From an uncultured Elusimicrobia bacterium (GTDB lineage Bacteria > Elusimicrobiota > Elusimicrobia > 2-01-FULL-59-12): a stretch of 64,000 nt of DNA. The notes beneath the pieces were generated by a model. That model was not told the DNA's origin. It saw only the letters and a program-made list of their open reading frames with translations, and made no database searches. Of this stretch, positions 18,301-26,384 are shown one piece after another. The stretch is from contig OY969767.1 of the NCBI GenBank assembly GCA_963702895.1, positions 1,408,001-1,472,000 on the forward strand, in the 5' to 3' direction. The translations under genes and the position numbers were made by a program. Every line of letters begins with the position of its first letter. Within the stretch, counting starts at the first letter, position 1.

Positions 18301-19876
18301 AGCCCGTCTTCGGATAAGCGGCAAGCACCCTTTCAATGATATCTCGATCTCTGGCCCTACCATTGAAAAACCAACCCCCTACTCGGCGGCCGTGGTGGAT
18401 TTCTTAAACAGCGACCCGGCGGCCTTTCAATCCAGCGTGCAGCTGGAGCAGCTCGACATCACCGACCATGATTCGCTGGACCCCGTTTTAGACGGTGTCG
18501 ACCTGATCATGGTCAACCACGTCATGGAATATTTGCACCCGGCGGACGTAAAGCCCTTCTTGCAACACCTGTACCAGAAGGCCCCGCAAGCCTGGTTGGC
18601 CATGGAAAATGAATACAGTACTCCCGCCGAAGCTCACCACCGCCAATGGATACCTTATCAGCCGACGCATTTGCCGGGCTTTCGCCCAACGGATTCAGGA
18701 AGCAGCTCACTTCCCGGCGAGAACACACCCCGGTCAGCGGCTGTGGTCGGCATCTTCGCCAGCTGGCTCGCGCTCAGTCAGGCCGCATCCTCCGCTCACC
18801 TCCCCAGTAGGTTGGAATCCCTGCTTTCATTCTTCTATTCGATATCGCCGCTCTTTCCCTGGCTCATGCTCGCCGCGACAGCGGTCTGGCTGGCGGGCAC
18901 CTTTGTCGCGCTGAGAACTCTTTGGAGGCACCCCTCTCGGGTGCCGAGCATAAGACAGGGCGGTACGGCTTCGCCCAGCCCGGCCAGAGCGCTCACTTTT
19001 CGGTACTATTCCGAACTGACCCCCGGACAAAAAGCTGATGTAACGCTAGCTTCATTAATCAGAAGGTTAGGAGCAAGACGTGAGGTGCACGTCTACGATA
19101 CGAAACCATTGGGCAGCCGGTGGGGCCAATTGCCGATCCTCACCCGGTGGAGCCTGCGCCGTTTCACGCGTAACCTGACCCCTGATCCGACAACACTCAG
19201 ACTCGATGCTCTCGTCGCCTATCGTGGAGACATTCCCATGGGTGTTTACGCGTTCATCGATCTCGGTCCAGATCGTCAAATTGTTATGGACAACGGCATC
19301 TACATGGACGCCGACCAGAGGCAGAACGGATACGGTGGAAAACTCACGAAGGAACTCCTCAGCAGGCTGGCAGAGCGCGGGTACAGAATGTTCGTTTTGG
19401 GACCGCCTTTGGGAACGGCTGAAGCGGAGGGGCTCCGTCGGTGGCTGAGCGCTGCCCCAGGCGTTGAAACGCGGGGCAGAACAACCATCGTCCATCTCGC
19501 TAACTACCGAACAAACACCGCCAATTCCCAAGCCGCCGGCAAACCCAAAGGCAAAACAAACGATTCCGCCCCGGAAGCGGAGCCCGCTGACGCGCCGCGC
19601 GGCATAAAGCTTCGCAGTTCCGCGCTGGCCGGCGCTCTCGCCAGCGCGATCGCGCTCAGCCAGGCGCCGTTTGCCCCCCAACTGCCGGATTGGCTTTCTC
19701 CCCTCTTCAGCACGGCGAGTTCGCTGGCGCCGCTCGTTCCCTGGGTGGGGATGGCCGCCGTGATCGGTTGGCTTTTACGGCCAGCTCTGACTCGCATGCT
19801 GTTGAAGGCCCTTCCCCGCCTGCGCGGCAGTCGTTCATCCCGAGCCATCCATCATCACCTTCGAGCCGCGGCCTGA
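9356..19876 (+). CDS. Giant multidomain membrane protein B (NagB-like, SAM-MTase, transglutaminase-like, LysM, zincin-like, kinase-like, CheR-like MTase, GNAT; repeated TM hairpins)
   Basis: 3506-aa ORF with a signal-peptide-like start. Motifs: LPTGSTP, TFNMDEY, GHVAFNE and ALTMG (NagB); FLELGAGLG; GDCDVLA..SHA..W.EFDPS; YRVQPGQSF.DIA (LysM); EELGH; HFGNI and LRDLE; DLGVSTGE..NHVMEYL (CheR-like); DQRQNGYG (GNAT). Confidence 0.9.
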   Translation: MPKSLIRIVALILVPCMLLDPSSAFAELARPAAWRAPFPAGVSLASPQATHAALRLDSFPFGIQALVPPSWLSRPISWIQRASELARQASRNRFQVRWTSLAGSPFSFPVLGTDERPIRPVQFSVSQNEIGGGQDGTGQIVTTPSGSRFQVFDTPQTMAAAQAGEIAEIIHANDAAGRITILILPTGSTPIPVYHELVRLYQARQLSFRNVHTFNMDEYYPGPQAPCAWAQHPQSYRRFMDELLFSKVDIPRANIHFLNGQAADPAAEAARYEQEFRDLAPNGADLELGGVGSRGHVAFNEAVVHLTDDFLQRLTSKNREALGLSNDFALEVTAGHELAALAMILQGHWNFREGETFVRWLRARIKTTGRITEESLQKLAERLRRQRVTIGWNPDSPDAKDIQDFVNQASARFGFPIELADLRKLDDSQTHLRELALSTVVDNSVHFAEPADIPTQALTMGLGTLRHSQRTRILASTPNKIPPLEQVAAGPVSEQVPVTDVLRHPDTRFLVTQAAIPPTVRTALARTSGLVLNSQPETRNPKAESGTPAARDTKLYTHPIAVMALAWMASSHFYSWDPAGTGLLLLLTIAPLMAWQGRIFRGKSGMNTFRRLDALLRHLRGLSYARCRELLATGLDRFVPPRRKHRQREFPAIALPAAAPGNPFQLRPPTAVELAFPSRYESAVHAKFVGNDPYDDRTRAIVQAHATAAYVDLMREIFKRTGGTLRGVSFLELGAGLGAIVDVLRTRAGVDAQGIEVRREFVQFARDHGVPLIQGTLLEVPLELAGKTFQITFSRQLLDAIETTDRATEGPMPSQVTHEEELRVLATIAALTAPGGWSIHQTYSSNPIPFTDEELTQAGFQIVSMNPRRTMMVLRRLSDPPPSSPVRRPEAAEETIKPEGKKGPSLYTHPIALMALAWMASSHFYGWDPAGILPLLLLLVPLMAWGPGRYRQWMTSLSGRGPRYKAKQWERKLDEDLRRLRGKGSKAGTLPFELYPGADAGARKPASPRPARPATQLPEAVPVSDPSVSLDLAPAAAVSLAPAAATAVSPPSPIADSPPPSTDGSPTRRPADPPTRRVAALDVDPAAPATSPFRPWRWIAAGIAVAAVVAALHFGPTTFRQFRDGSSTPRPSSSASQDYVYEPGPASETTHDRVRTMMGPYYGMDLQGHRAESGEPRADAGAPSQPPALNPLENIADIQLSGHAANEMLMMAFANTMEDGGVLSHAGRIDFVPSDKLTKERTKVTLILPALRQGQAMRMPIPLNRRVDPLSISDPRLWVDAQGWLTAREDTPPLTVTFDWITTLENGSFRANFPVTPWMEREFQDIPPEVRRDLDRALGLDEHGRASVLAGVVEKYLGYNQQQRVQLRRGTWNRFIGEVLETEGRFKGDCDVLATVGWIWARYLGLDAVMAAGRNNRGGGSRSGTNMSHAVMVIRIGGKWLEFDPSKWAPPVASESLAPDQPSADGKRLDAGPMPTPLKPSPQFVATFIPNPELFPPPRTGPPASAKPTAERPVPPGVGQESPKTEPGAKVGPAEKPASAKKPASTETPAKRPSTYRVQPGQSFNDIARLIFTDEKYPYPAALDLIVDNINHTIGGDPDRLMAGVDLIVRPTSAYSSPVAGMDWEWGLHRKYGRAWYERRHALLQQALTRESQRPSPYTSEYQSELRARAGARWRSIEFDILAINDILNWIEQRFGVRFQRVDLMQAMAQTMERSQIILKLTSTGRSKSGTTAAPKQTADGESAKRRSGEPADLPLGHSTKTSPDDRLIAPKSITPLMAGLLQAPLWWWGLSHLLGGPQTPLLTQAAFLALPAIPLGAALALFAAGVVVAGMAVLGRKVLKQTRPERIEIQLTPMDRPYQLDLVKSGGSHSRGDLIRLDLEEMRLEAHKTGVPGRMAVRRVYLEELGHAVDARRFVREGRPLSGFVRPNSPLQTYWDHHNPKDPEHDMKELVAGLRHILFAQTPFEAERALIKLSQVANDPTDSHYWGGRFALERILQRIDAGRGERVDDLTNYLPRLIYGSGAFPDLPTLRLLAKELCIENLRDYPPDGDGLPALSADGSRIDVPDETQQALATVWRAFETYTGKSLADDAVPTPEHVRHSQAARSGLPGFDRTGHSIHDPGLAQGRKMVGMVIAGLLQAPLWWWGLSHLLGGPQTPLLTQAAFLTMPAIPLGDALISFAVGAAWIVVAGMAVFGSGAPAPGQEGVSGPVSPGPSSNTAAAVRRSFEAQARVLAGIPTVTEFEANFPGTIRRVDLGPGYSNSLRAGEVPKIDFTRRIQGRVYQPPPASENDWPKWLDLYVEKDAQALVVRLMRAGFRPDYSNAYGDGLKGVWWTRTSHHTDTVGSNATNTFFTPLTEEDYLAPDQGEHPGETPNDPGAPVTPTEPPLNWIEKNDAALEQLSPIDRQLVDAILQGALHGDAELLAQYPEKVYIDPIEVGRSDEGRTIFLKLETSILVEGRYLTHLRFKGARPHKGRYGQGNQVAYLGRRGHVERPVTVDQEGRLTVFAGQLDPMGGMRRIGAANEYALMQSENSQGAYRTDVPIGWGIFPGFAFENEPLGWAIAGMEGPDVRINGRRQNQLILRSRTNDPYGMIELSQEQSQHLARLIGESICAYHQKGRYHRYPHFGNIGVAYDTVTRSIRSVVLRDLETSVRKDSLSGSPKEIENQIIAWRFRDVIRLIYQFSFRPRPNDPLIGALLRGYFPEGTLRNDDLQALLVTICRPNFLDDYASLFYDDETQDLSNLIDTLDIQSHPNYQHLWNAIRQSMASQPATPEGNDGSATQEHPGRIDPTGLRRVLPAIALLAALPWTYGFTSISGSPGSGAAIPLGAALALFAAGIAVLISGNSPRKRKILTKAASHKAGRQKPVSGDAPGPSRHVYPDPVVMEKSRYDLPKSLKSWSWLARNKDQRQWLRDVFLPRLLATQNLRAPGQIKVVDLGVSTGEVLARTYYEIFQHLIENTLKGTWKARMVGVDRDATVLAEARLRISGKHPFNDISISGPTIEKPTPYSAAVVDFLNSDPAAFQSSVQLEQLDITDHDSLDPVLDGVDLIMVNHVMEYLHPADVKPFLQHLYQKAPQAWLAMENEYSTPAEAHHRQWIPYQPTHLPGFRPTDSGSSSLPGENTPRSAAVVGIFASWLALSQAASSAHLPSRLESLLSFFYSISPLFPWLMLAATAVWLAGTFVALRTLWRHPSRVPSIRQGGTASPSPARALTFRYYSELTPGQKADVTLASLIRRLGARREVHVYDTKPLGSRWGQLPILTRWSLRRFTRNLTPDPTTLRLDALVAYRGDIPMGVYAFIDLGPDRQIVMDNGIYMDADQRQNGYGGKLTKELLSRLAERGYRMFVLGPPLGTAEAEGLRRWLSAAPGVETRGRTTIVHLANYRTNTANSQAAGKPKGKTNDSAPEAEPADAPRGIKLRSSALAGALASAIALSQAPFAPQLPDWLSPLFSTASSLAPLVPWVGMAAVIGWLLRPALTRMLLKALPRLRGSRSSRAIHHHLRAAA
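11018..11096 (+). repeat. Intragenic direct repeat R1 copy 1 (encodes LYTHPIA.MALAWMASSHFY.WDPAG hairpin)
   Basis: 79 bp with 2 mismatches versus 12071-12149. Confidence 0.95.
12071..12149 (+). repeat. Intragenic direct repeat R1 copy 2
   Basis: 79 bp with 2 mismatches versus 11018-11096. Confidence 0.95.
14693..14859 (+). repeat. Intragenic direct repeat R2 copy 1 (encodes GLLQAPLWWWGLSHLLGGPQTPLLTQAAFL... hairpin)
   Basis: 14693-14775 is identical to 15764-15846 (83 bp), and similarity continues to about 14859. 14795-14833 is identical to 17831-17869. Confidence 0.95.
15764..15939 (+). repeat. Intragenic direct repeat R2 copy 2
   Basis: Matches 14693-14859. 15836-15861 also matches 8262-8287 in giant gene A with 1 mismatch. 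Confidence 0.95.
17831..17869 (+). repeat. Partial R2 copy 3 (IPLGAALALFAAG)
   Basis: 39 bp identical to 14795-14833. Confidence 0.9.
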
Positions 19877-19907
19877 CCCGAGAGATTAGCCGGGAAACTG
19901 CAGTTGC

Positions 19908-20040
19908 CGTCACCCCGGCGGATTGTTAGCCGGCCCTCCACACATCCGGCGGGCCGTCCGCCCTGCCGTGTGGCGGACGGGGTCTATCACCGTCGTAAAC
20001 GGAATGATGGATCCCCCCCTTACGACCGGGGGGGATGACG
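19908..20040 (+). repeat. Palindromic repeat element (CGTCACCCCGGCG...ATGGAT...GATGACG family), copy 1; possible terminator of giant gene B
   Basis: Shares ends and internal stems with 21265-21339 and 27395-27502. Confidence 0.8.
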
Positions 20041-20080
20041 GTACAAAAAAGTCCCGACGTCTCAGTCAATAAAGAACGTT

Positions 20081-20292
20081 CAACAGAACTTTTCCGGTTA
20101 GGTAAGCTCCTCGAAGATTAGGCAGGCCCCCCCCAGAAAGATTAGGTAGGTTGTCCGAAAGATTAAGCAGGATGACGGAAAGAATGATACGGCTCCTCGA
20201 AGAATGAGACGCTTGCTCCGGAAAGAATGAGACGGTTGGCAGAAAGAATGAGACGGTTCCTGGGAAAAGACGAACCGGGAAAAGTTCTATTG
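20081..20292. repeat. Degenerate ~21-bp tandem array bounded by imperfect inverted repeats
   Basis: About 8 units such as GAAAGATTAGGTAGGTTGTCC and GAAAGAATGAGACGGTTGGCA, flanked by CAACAGAACTTTTCCGG (20081-20097) and CCGGGAAAAGTTCTATTG (20275-20292). Confidence 0.8.
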
Positions 20293-20374
20293 AGCTTGTT
20301 GTATCGGCTCCGGGGTCTGAAACAAAGTTCTAAAAAGTGTTCCGCTGGGCCTGGCCCCAAGTTCAGACTTAGCG

Positions 20375-20839
20375 CTATGACGCGTCCGGGGTGATACCTT
20401 TGACGATGTCGCGGACTTCAGTCTTTCGGCGCTCCATTTCATCACCAAGCTTGTTGAGTCCCTCTGAATCCAGGACCCGCTCCGAAAGCGGGAATAGCCC
20501 CTCTTCTTCCTTCGAAAAATGCGTCTCAAGAAGCACTCTCACCTGGAGGGCATAAGACCGCCATTCCTTGCTTTTGGCCGCATGCCCCAAGCGGAGCTGG
20601 GTCAGGAGCTCGTTGATATCTTTGTGTTCCTGAGCGATTTCGTCGGAGAGACGCCGCAAGGACGACTCCTTCTGCAGCGCCGGCAGGAAAATAGCGTCTT
20701 CAAACCAGGCATGGCCGACTACGGTGCGGTGCAGCGTGCTGGCGATCTCCCCAAATCGCGGGTTTTCGGGATGAAAAGCTTCCATCACCTTGCGAATGAG
20801 CCGGTGGTCGGTGAGGAGTTTGTCGGTTGCTTTGGTCAT
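20375..20839 (-). CDS. Hemerythrin (HHE cation-binding) domain protein
   Basis: L..DH, H...ED.IFLP, EH..I and H..KEE..LFP motifs. Confidence 0.85.
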   Translation of the reverse strand: MTKATDKLLTDHRLIRKVMEAFHPENPRFGEIASTLHRTVVGHAWFEDAIFLPALQKESSLRRLSDEIAQEHKDINELLTQLRLGHAAKSKEWRSYALQVRVLLETHFSKEEEGLFPLSERVLDSEGLNKLGDEMERRKTEVRDIVKGITPDAS

Positions 20840-21192
20840 GACTTGGCAGGCGGCTCCCCCGGTTTCACCATGACGAGAAGCATTTTGAATCGTTTGACCG
20901 CCTTCAGGGCATGCGGGTGGTTGGCCGGCATCATGAAGATTTCCCCCTTACGCACCCGTACGGGCTTTCCGGAGATGGAGATCTCGGCCTCGCCGTCAAG
21001 AAGATACACCAGCGCGTCATAGGGCGCCGTATGCTCGCTTAACTCCTGAGCTTCGTCAAAGGCGAAGAACGTGACGCTGCCGGTCGGCTTCTGGATGAGT
21101 TTGCGGCTGACGATGCTTTCGGTTTGGTAGTCCGACCAATCGACGAGGGGCGCGGGCTGCGTACAAAGATCTTCGATGCGCTTGTTATCCAT
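20836..21192 (-). CDS. Cupin-domain protein
   Basis: FAFD..QELSEHTAP.DALV..LDGEA and MPANHPHALKA cupin motifs. Start trimmed to ATG 21192. Confidence 0.85.
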   Translation of the reverse strand: MDNKRIEDLCTQPAPLVDWSDYQTESIVSRKLIQKPTGSVTFFAFDEAQELSEHTAPYDALVYLLDGEAEISISGKPVRVRKGEIFMMPANHPHALKAVKRFKMLLVMVKPGEPPAKS

Positions 21193-21264
21193 AGGATATG
21201 CCTTGAATAATGAAGATTCCTTTCGTTCCTGATTGATGCAATTGATGACTGCGGTGTTTAGTGC

Positions 21265-21339
21265 CGTCACCCCGGCGAACGCCGGGGTCTATCGAATATC
21301 GAAGGAAAATAATGGATCCCGGCTTTCGCCGGGATGACG
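21265..21339 (+). repeat. Palindromic repeat element copy 2 (minimal form), just downstream of rpoD
   Basis: CGTCACCCCGGCGAACGCCGGGGTC...GATCCCGGCTTTCGCCGGGATGACG, two hairpins in inverted orientation. Confidence 0.85.
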
Positions 21340-21361
21340 TCAGCTGCAGTGCTCCGGCTGA

Positions 21362-23104
<1,743 letters not shown>

Positions 23105-23112
<8 letters not shown>

Positions 23113-24910
23113 GTAAGGAAGCCTCCCTCGAAATGTTCAAATCCGGTTTGGAACCTTTGAGTCGACGTGAGAGGCTGTTGTAGTGCTGTATCTTTTGGGC
23201 ATCTTGCGGCAGGCGCCCCTCAATCATCGCATCAATGTCCTGCTTTAAATCTTGCCATTCCTGATGCTCCTGGCTCTTGCGCCAGCTTTCCATCAGCTCC
23301 TGCATCAGCGCCGCGGGCTTTGTGTACTGGCGGTCCTGCATGAGCCTGGCTGAGAGCCAATCGCGCGTATTCTCAGGAAGCGCGCCGAGGAGATCCGCGA
23401 GAGGGAACGTCCCCTCCGCCGCTTGGGTCCGTGCCATCTTCCAGACTTCCGCGCACGGGGGAGTCCGCCAAGCTAAGGAGTCCAGCATCGTTCTCCCCTC
23501 GTCGGAGGGATGTCGCAGGAATAAAACGAGGAGCTCCTCCTCGAGGGGAACGATCCCGGGCAGCGCCTCCGAGGGAGCGCTCGCCGTCGTCGGTGTTGGG
23601 GGACGACGATCTGTTTCGAGCCGCATGCGCTTCATTTGCTGGCCAAGGACCGACTTTTCGACCCTCAAGACGTTGGCCAAGCGGCCCAGATATTCATCCT
23701 GCAGCAGGGGGTCCTTGATCTTATGGATGACCGGCAGGACGTCCTGCGCGATCGCGAGCTTGGTTTCCGGAGCGTAACCGGGATGCCGCTTTTGTGCGGC
23801 CGCGATAAAATAGTCCATAAACGGCATCGCCTTCTCGAGATACTGCATCAGAGACGCGTGTCCCTCCTTCACGAGAATCTCATCCGGGTCGAGCCCGCCG
23901 GGAAGCGTGACCGTATCGACGGTGAAGCCGTCTGCGACCAACAGCTCGCCGCCGCGAAGCGTCGCCTGGGCCCCCGCCGCATCGGGATCAAAGAGGAGGG
24001 TCACGCGGTCCGCATAGCGGCGCAATATTCTCACATGATCTTCGGTCAAGGCTGTTCCCAAGGTGGCCATGGTCTGGAGCAAGCCATATTGATGGCAGGT
24101 CACCACATCCATGTAGCCTTCCAGGATCACCGCATGGCGCTCCTTGCGCAAAGTCGCCAGGCCCTGAAAAAGACCGTACAAATGCCTGCTCTTCGAGTAG
24201 ACCGGCGTTTCCGAAGAGTTGATGTATTTGGGCATGGCGTCCCCCATGGCCCGGCCTCCAAAGGCCACGGTGCGTCCCTGGACATCGGTAATGGGAAAGA
24301 TGATGCGGTTCCAGAAAGCGTCGTAGATGCGGTCGCCGCCTTCTTTTCTTCGCACCAGGCCCGCCTTCTCGAGGCGATCGATGGGCCAGCCCTTGCGGGA
24401 AGCCGCGTCACGCAGCGCGCAGCCCGAAGCCGGCGCGAAGCCGATCAGAAAAGAACGAAGCGTCTCGGGGGTCAGGCCGCGCTTGGCCAAGTAGAGGCGC
24501 GCGGCCTCCGCCTCTTGAGACTCCATCAGGTGGCGATGGTAAAACGTGGCGGCGTCTTCGAGCAGCCCGTAGAGGTCCTGTTTTTGGCGGGCATCGGCGG
24601 AGAGGTCTTCGCGATGGTCGGTTTCAATCGTCACCCCCACGCGCGCCGCGAGTTTTCGGATGGCCTCCGGGTACGACAGGCCTTCGGTCAGCATCAGAAA
24701 TTTGAAAGCGTCGCCGCCCACGCCGCAGCCAAAGCATTTGAAGACGCCCATCTCGGGATTGACGTTGAACGAAGGCGTCCGCTCTTCATGAAAGGGGCAG
24801 CGGGCCATAAAATTACGGCCTCGCTTCTTGAGCGTGGGCACGTGCTCGCGCACAAGTTCAGCCAGATTCAAGCTCTCCCGGATCCGGGCGATGGTTTCTT
24901 CTGGAATCAT
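23105..24910 (-). CDS. dnaG: DNA primase
   Basis: CPFH.E.TPSF..CFGCG zinc finger, KYINSSET, EGYMDV and LLFDPD.AG TOPRIM motifs. Confidence 0.97.
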
Positions 24911-24917
24911 TTTTATA

Positions 24918-24981
24918 GAGGGGAGAAGGGGGAAGGGCGATGAGAGACGGGTCTCCTCTCACCCCTCGCCTCTCACTCCTC
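24918..24981. repeat. Purine/pyrimidine short-unit inverted repeat (stem-loop) between yqeY and dnaG
   Basis: GAGGGGAGAAGGGGGAAGGGCGATGAGAG is followed by CTCTCACCCCTCGCCTCTCACTCCTC. Confidence 0.55.
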
Positions 24982-24983
24982 GG

Positions 24984-25430
24984 TCAGCCTTTTAGTAATT
25001 GTTGAACGAACTGCTGGGCCAGTTTTCCATCGGCCCGCCCCTTGATTTGGGGCATGAGGGCCGACATCACTTTGCCCATGTCCTGCGGACCTTTGGCGCC
25101 CGCAGAAGCGATCGCCGCCTGCACCAGGCTCTTGAGCTCGTTTTCGCTCAGCGGCTCGGGAAGATAAGCTTTCAAGACGTGAAGCTCCGCCTCTTCCTTG
25201 GACACAAGGTCCTGGCGCCCTGCCTTTTCATACTCCGCCATGGACTCTTTGCGGCGCTTGGCTTCGGCCTGGACGACCTCGAGGATTTCCCCTTCCGGAA
25301 GGGTCTTCTTTTTTTCCACTTCCTTGTACCGGATCGCCGAGACGAGCATCCGCAAGGTGGACATGCGGACGCTGTCCTTTTTCTTCATGGCTTCGAGAAG
25401 TTCTTTGGAAATCTGATCCAAGCTCAGCAC
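24984..25430 (-). CDS. yqeY: GatB/YqeY domain protein
   Basis: AMKKKD..R.STLRML, KRRKES..EY..AGR.DL..KE..E..VL..YLP, DMGKVM and GRADG motifs; follows rpsU. Confidence 0.93.
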   Translation of the reverse strand: MLSLDQISKELLEAMKKKDSVRMSTLRMLVSAIRYKEVEKKKTLPEGEILEVVQAEAKRRKESMAEYEKAGRQDLVSKEEAELHVLKAYLPEPLSENELKSLVQAAIASAGAKGPQDMGKVMSALMPQIKGRADGKLAQQFVQQLLKG

Positions 25431-25439
25431 GCGGGCACC

Positions 25440-25631
25440 CTATCCCTTCATCATGCGGCGCCGCATCTTGCGACGCGCCTCAAGCGCCTTTTTCTTACGC
25501 CGGACGCTCGGCGGTTCGTAATATTCCCGCCGTTTGATTTCCTGCATGATCCCGTTGCGCTCGCATTCCTTTTTGAAACGACGAAGCGCTTCCTCAATCG
25601 ATTCATTCTCTCTTACTTTAATGACGACCAA
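25440..25631 (-). CDS. rpsU: 30S ribosomal protein S21
   Basis: [12 protein letters not shown]...G...[15 protein letters not shown]. Confidence 0.95.
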   Translation of the reverse strand: MVVIKVRENESIEEALRRFKKECERNGIMQEIKRREYYEPPSVRRKKKALEARRKMRRRMMKG

Positions 25632-25731
25632 AGTCCCACCATCCTTTCATCACACCGATGACAGATAAAATCCCTGGGGCGAAAAGGAGGACGCCTTTGT
25701 TTCCCCTCGTCCCTACTGACGGATCCCGTAC

Positions 25732-26088
25732 TCAGCCCGGAGGCCAGCGGAGTGGACGACCCGCTAAAACGTGATAATGGAGATGTCCGACGGCTTGTCC
25801 GGAATCCTTCCCATGATTGACGACGGTCCGAAAACCTTTTTCTGCAATATTCTCTTGCCTGGCGACCCTTTGAATCGTGCGATGCAGGTCGAGCAAGCCG
25901 TCTTTGTGCGACGGCTCTAAAGCCATCAAATTATCGATATGCGCTTTCGGTATAACCAGAATGTGGACAGGCGCTCCGGGGTGGATATCGCGAAATGCCA
26001 GTGACTGATCGGTTTCCGCAACGATGGTGGCCGGAATTTTTCTAGCCACAATGCCACAAAACAAACACGCTTCTCCAGCTCCCGCCAT
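25732..26088 (-). CDS. hinT: Histidine triad (HIT) nucleotide-binding protein
   Basis: CLFC.I, AFRDI.P.AP.H.LVIPK.H and GQ.V.HLHYHVL.GR motifs. Confidence 0.93.
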   Translation of the reverse strand: MAGAGEACLFCGIVARKIPATIVAETDQSLAFRDIHPGAPVHILVIPKAHIDNLMALEPSHKDGLLDLHRTIQRVARQENIAEKGFRTVVNHGKDSGQAVGHLHYHVLAGRPLRWPPG

Positions 26089-26105
26089 TGGAAGCCGGTA
26101 TTATA

Positions 26106-26384
26106 TCAGGATTTCGTTGAAAAGATGCGCTGAAGCAGACGTTCTGCGAAGGGCATATGGCGCCGCAAAAGGAAGGGCGCCGCAAGCGGTATTCCGACTT
26201 CGAGAAACCTTCCCAGGATGCCGCCCCGAGTGACAAAACTGAGCGCCAGGCGCGCCCAGGCCGGCATCTTCATCCCGTACTCATCGAGCATCCGGAAGGG
26301 GTAGGAGGAAAGCCTCGTGGCCCTTCGGCCCCGAAGCCGGTCCAGGAGCGCCGAGCGGCTTAGGATAAAATTTTCTGAATCCAA
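26106..26384 (-). CDS. Small hypothetical protein (YqjK-like position)
   Basis: 92-aa ORF overlapping the end of the upstream holin-X-like gene. No clear motif; start uncertain. Confidence 0.5.
   Translation of the reverse strand: MDSENFILSRSALLDRLRGRRATRLSSYPFRMLDEYGMKMPAWARLALSFVTRGGILGRFLEVGIPLAAPFLLRRHMPFAERLLQRIFSTKS

Noticed and set aside
20096..20270. Possible CRISPR array
   Set aside because: The units are contiguous and degenerate with no spacer-length unique sequence, and there are no cas genes in the window.
1..20300. Prophage, integron or DGR explanation for the giant-gene island
   Set aside because: No integrase, transposase, reverse transcriptase or phage structural gene was recognised in the window. 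The two R1 mismatches (G/C and A/G) are too few to suggest adenine-specific mutagenesis.
23636..24943. 435-aa plus-strand ORF, and similar long + ORFs opposite terC, rsmE, GH57, pyrG and lepA
   Set aside because: These are shadow ORFs antisense to well-supported housekeeping genes.
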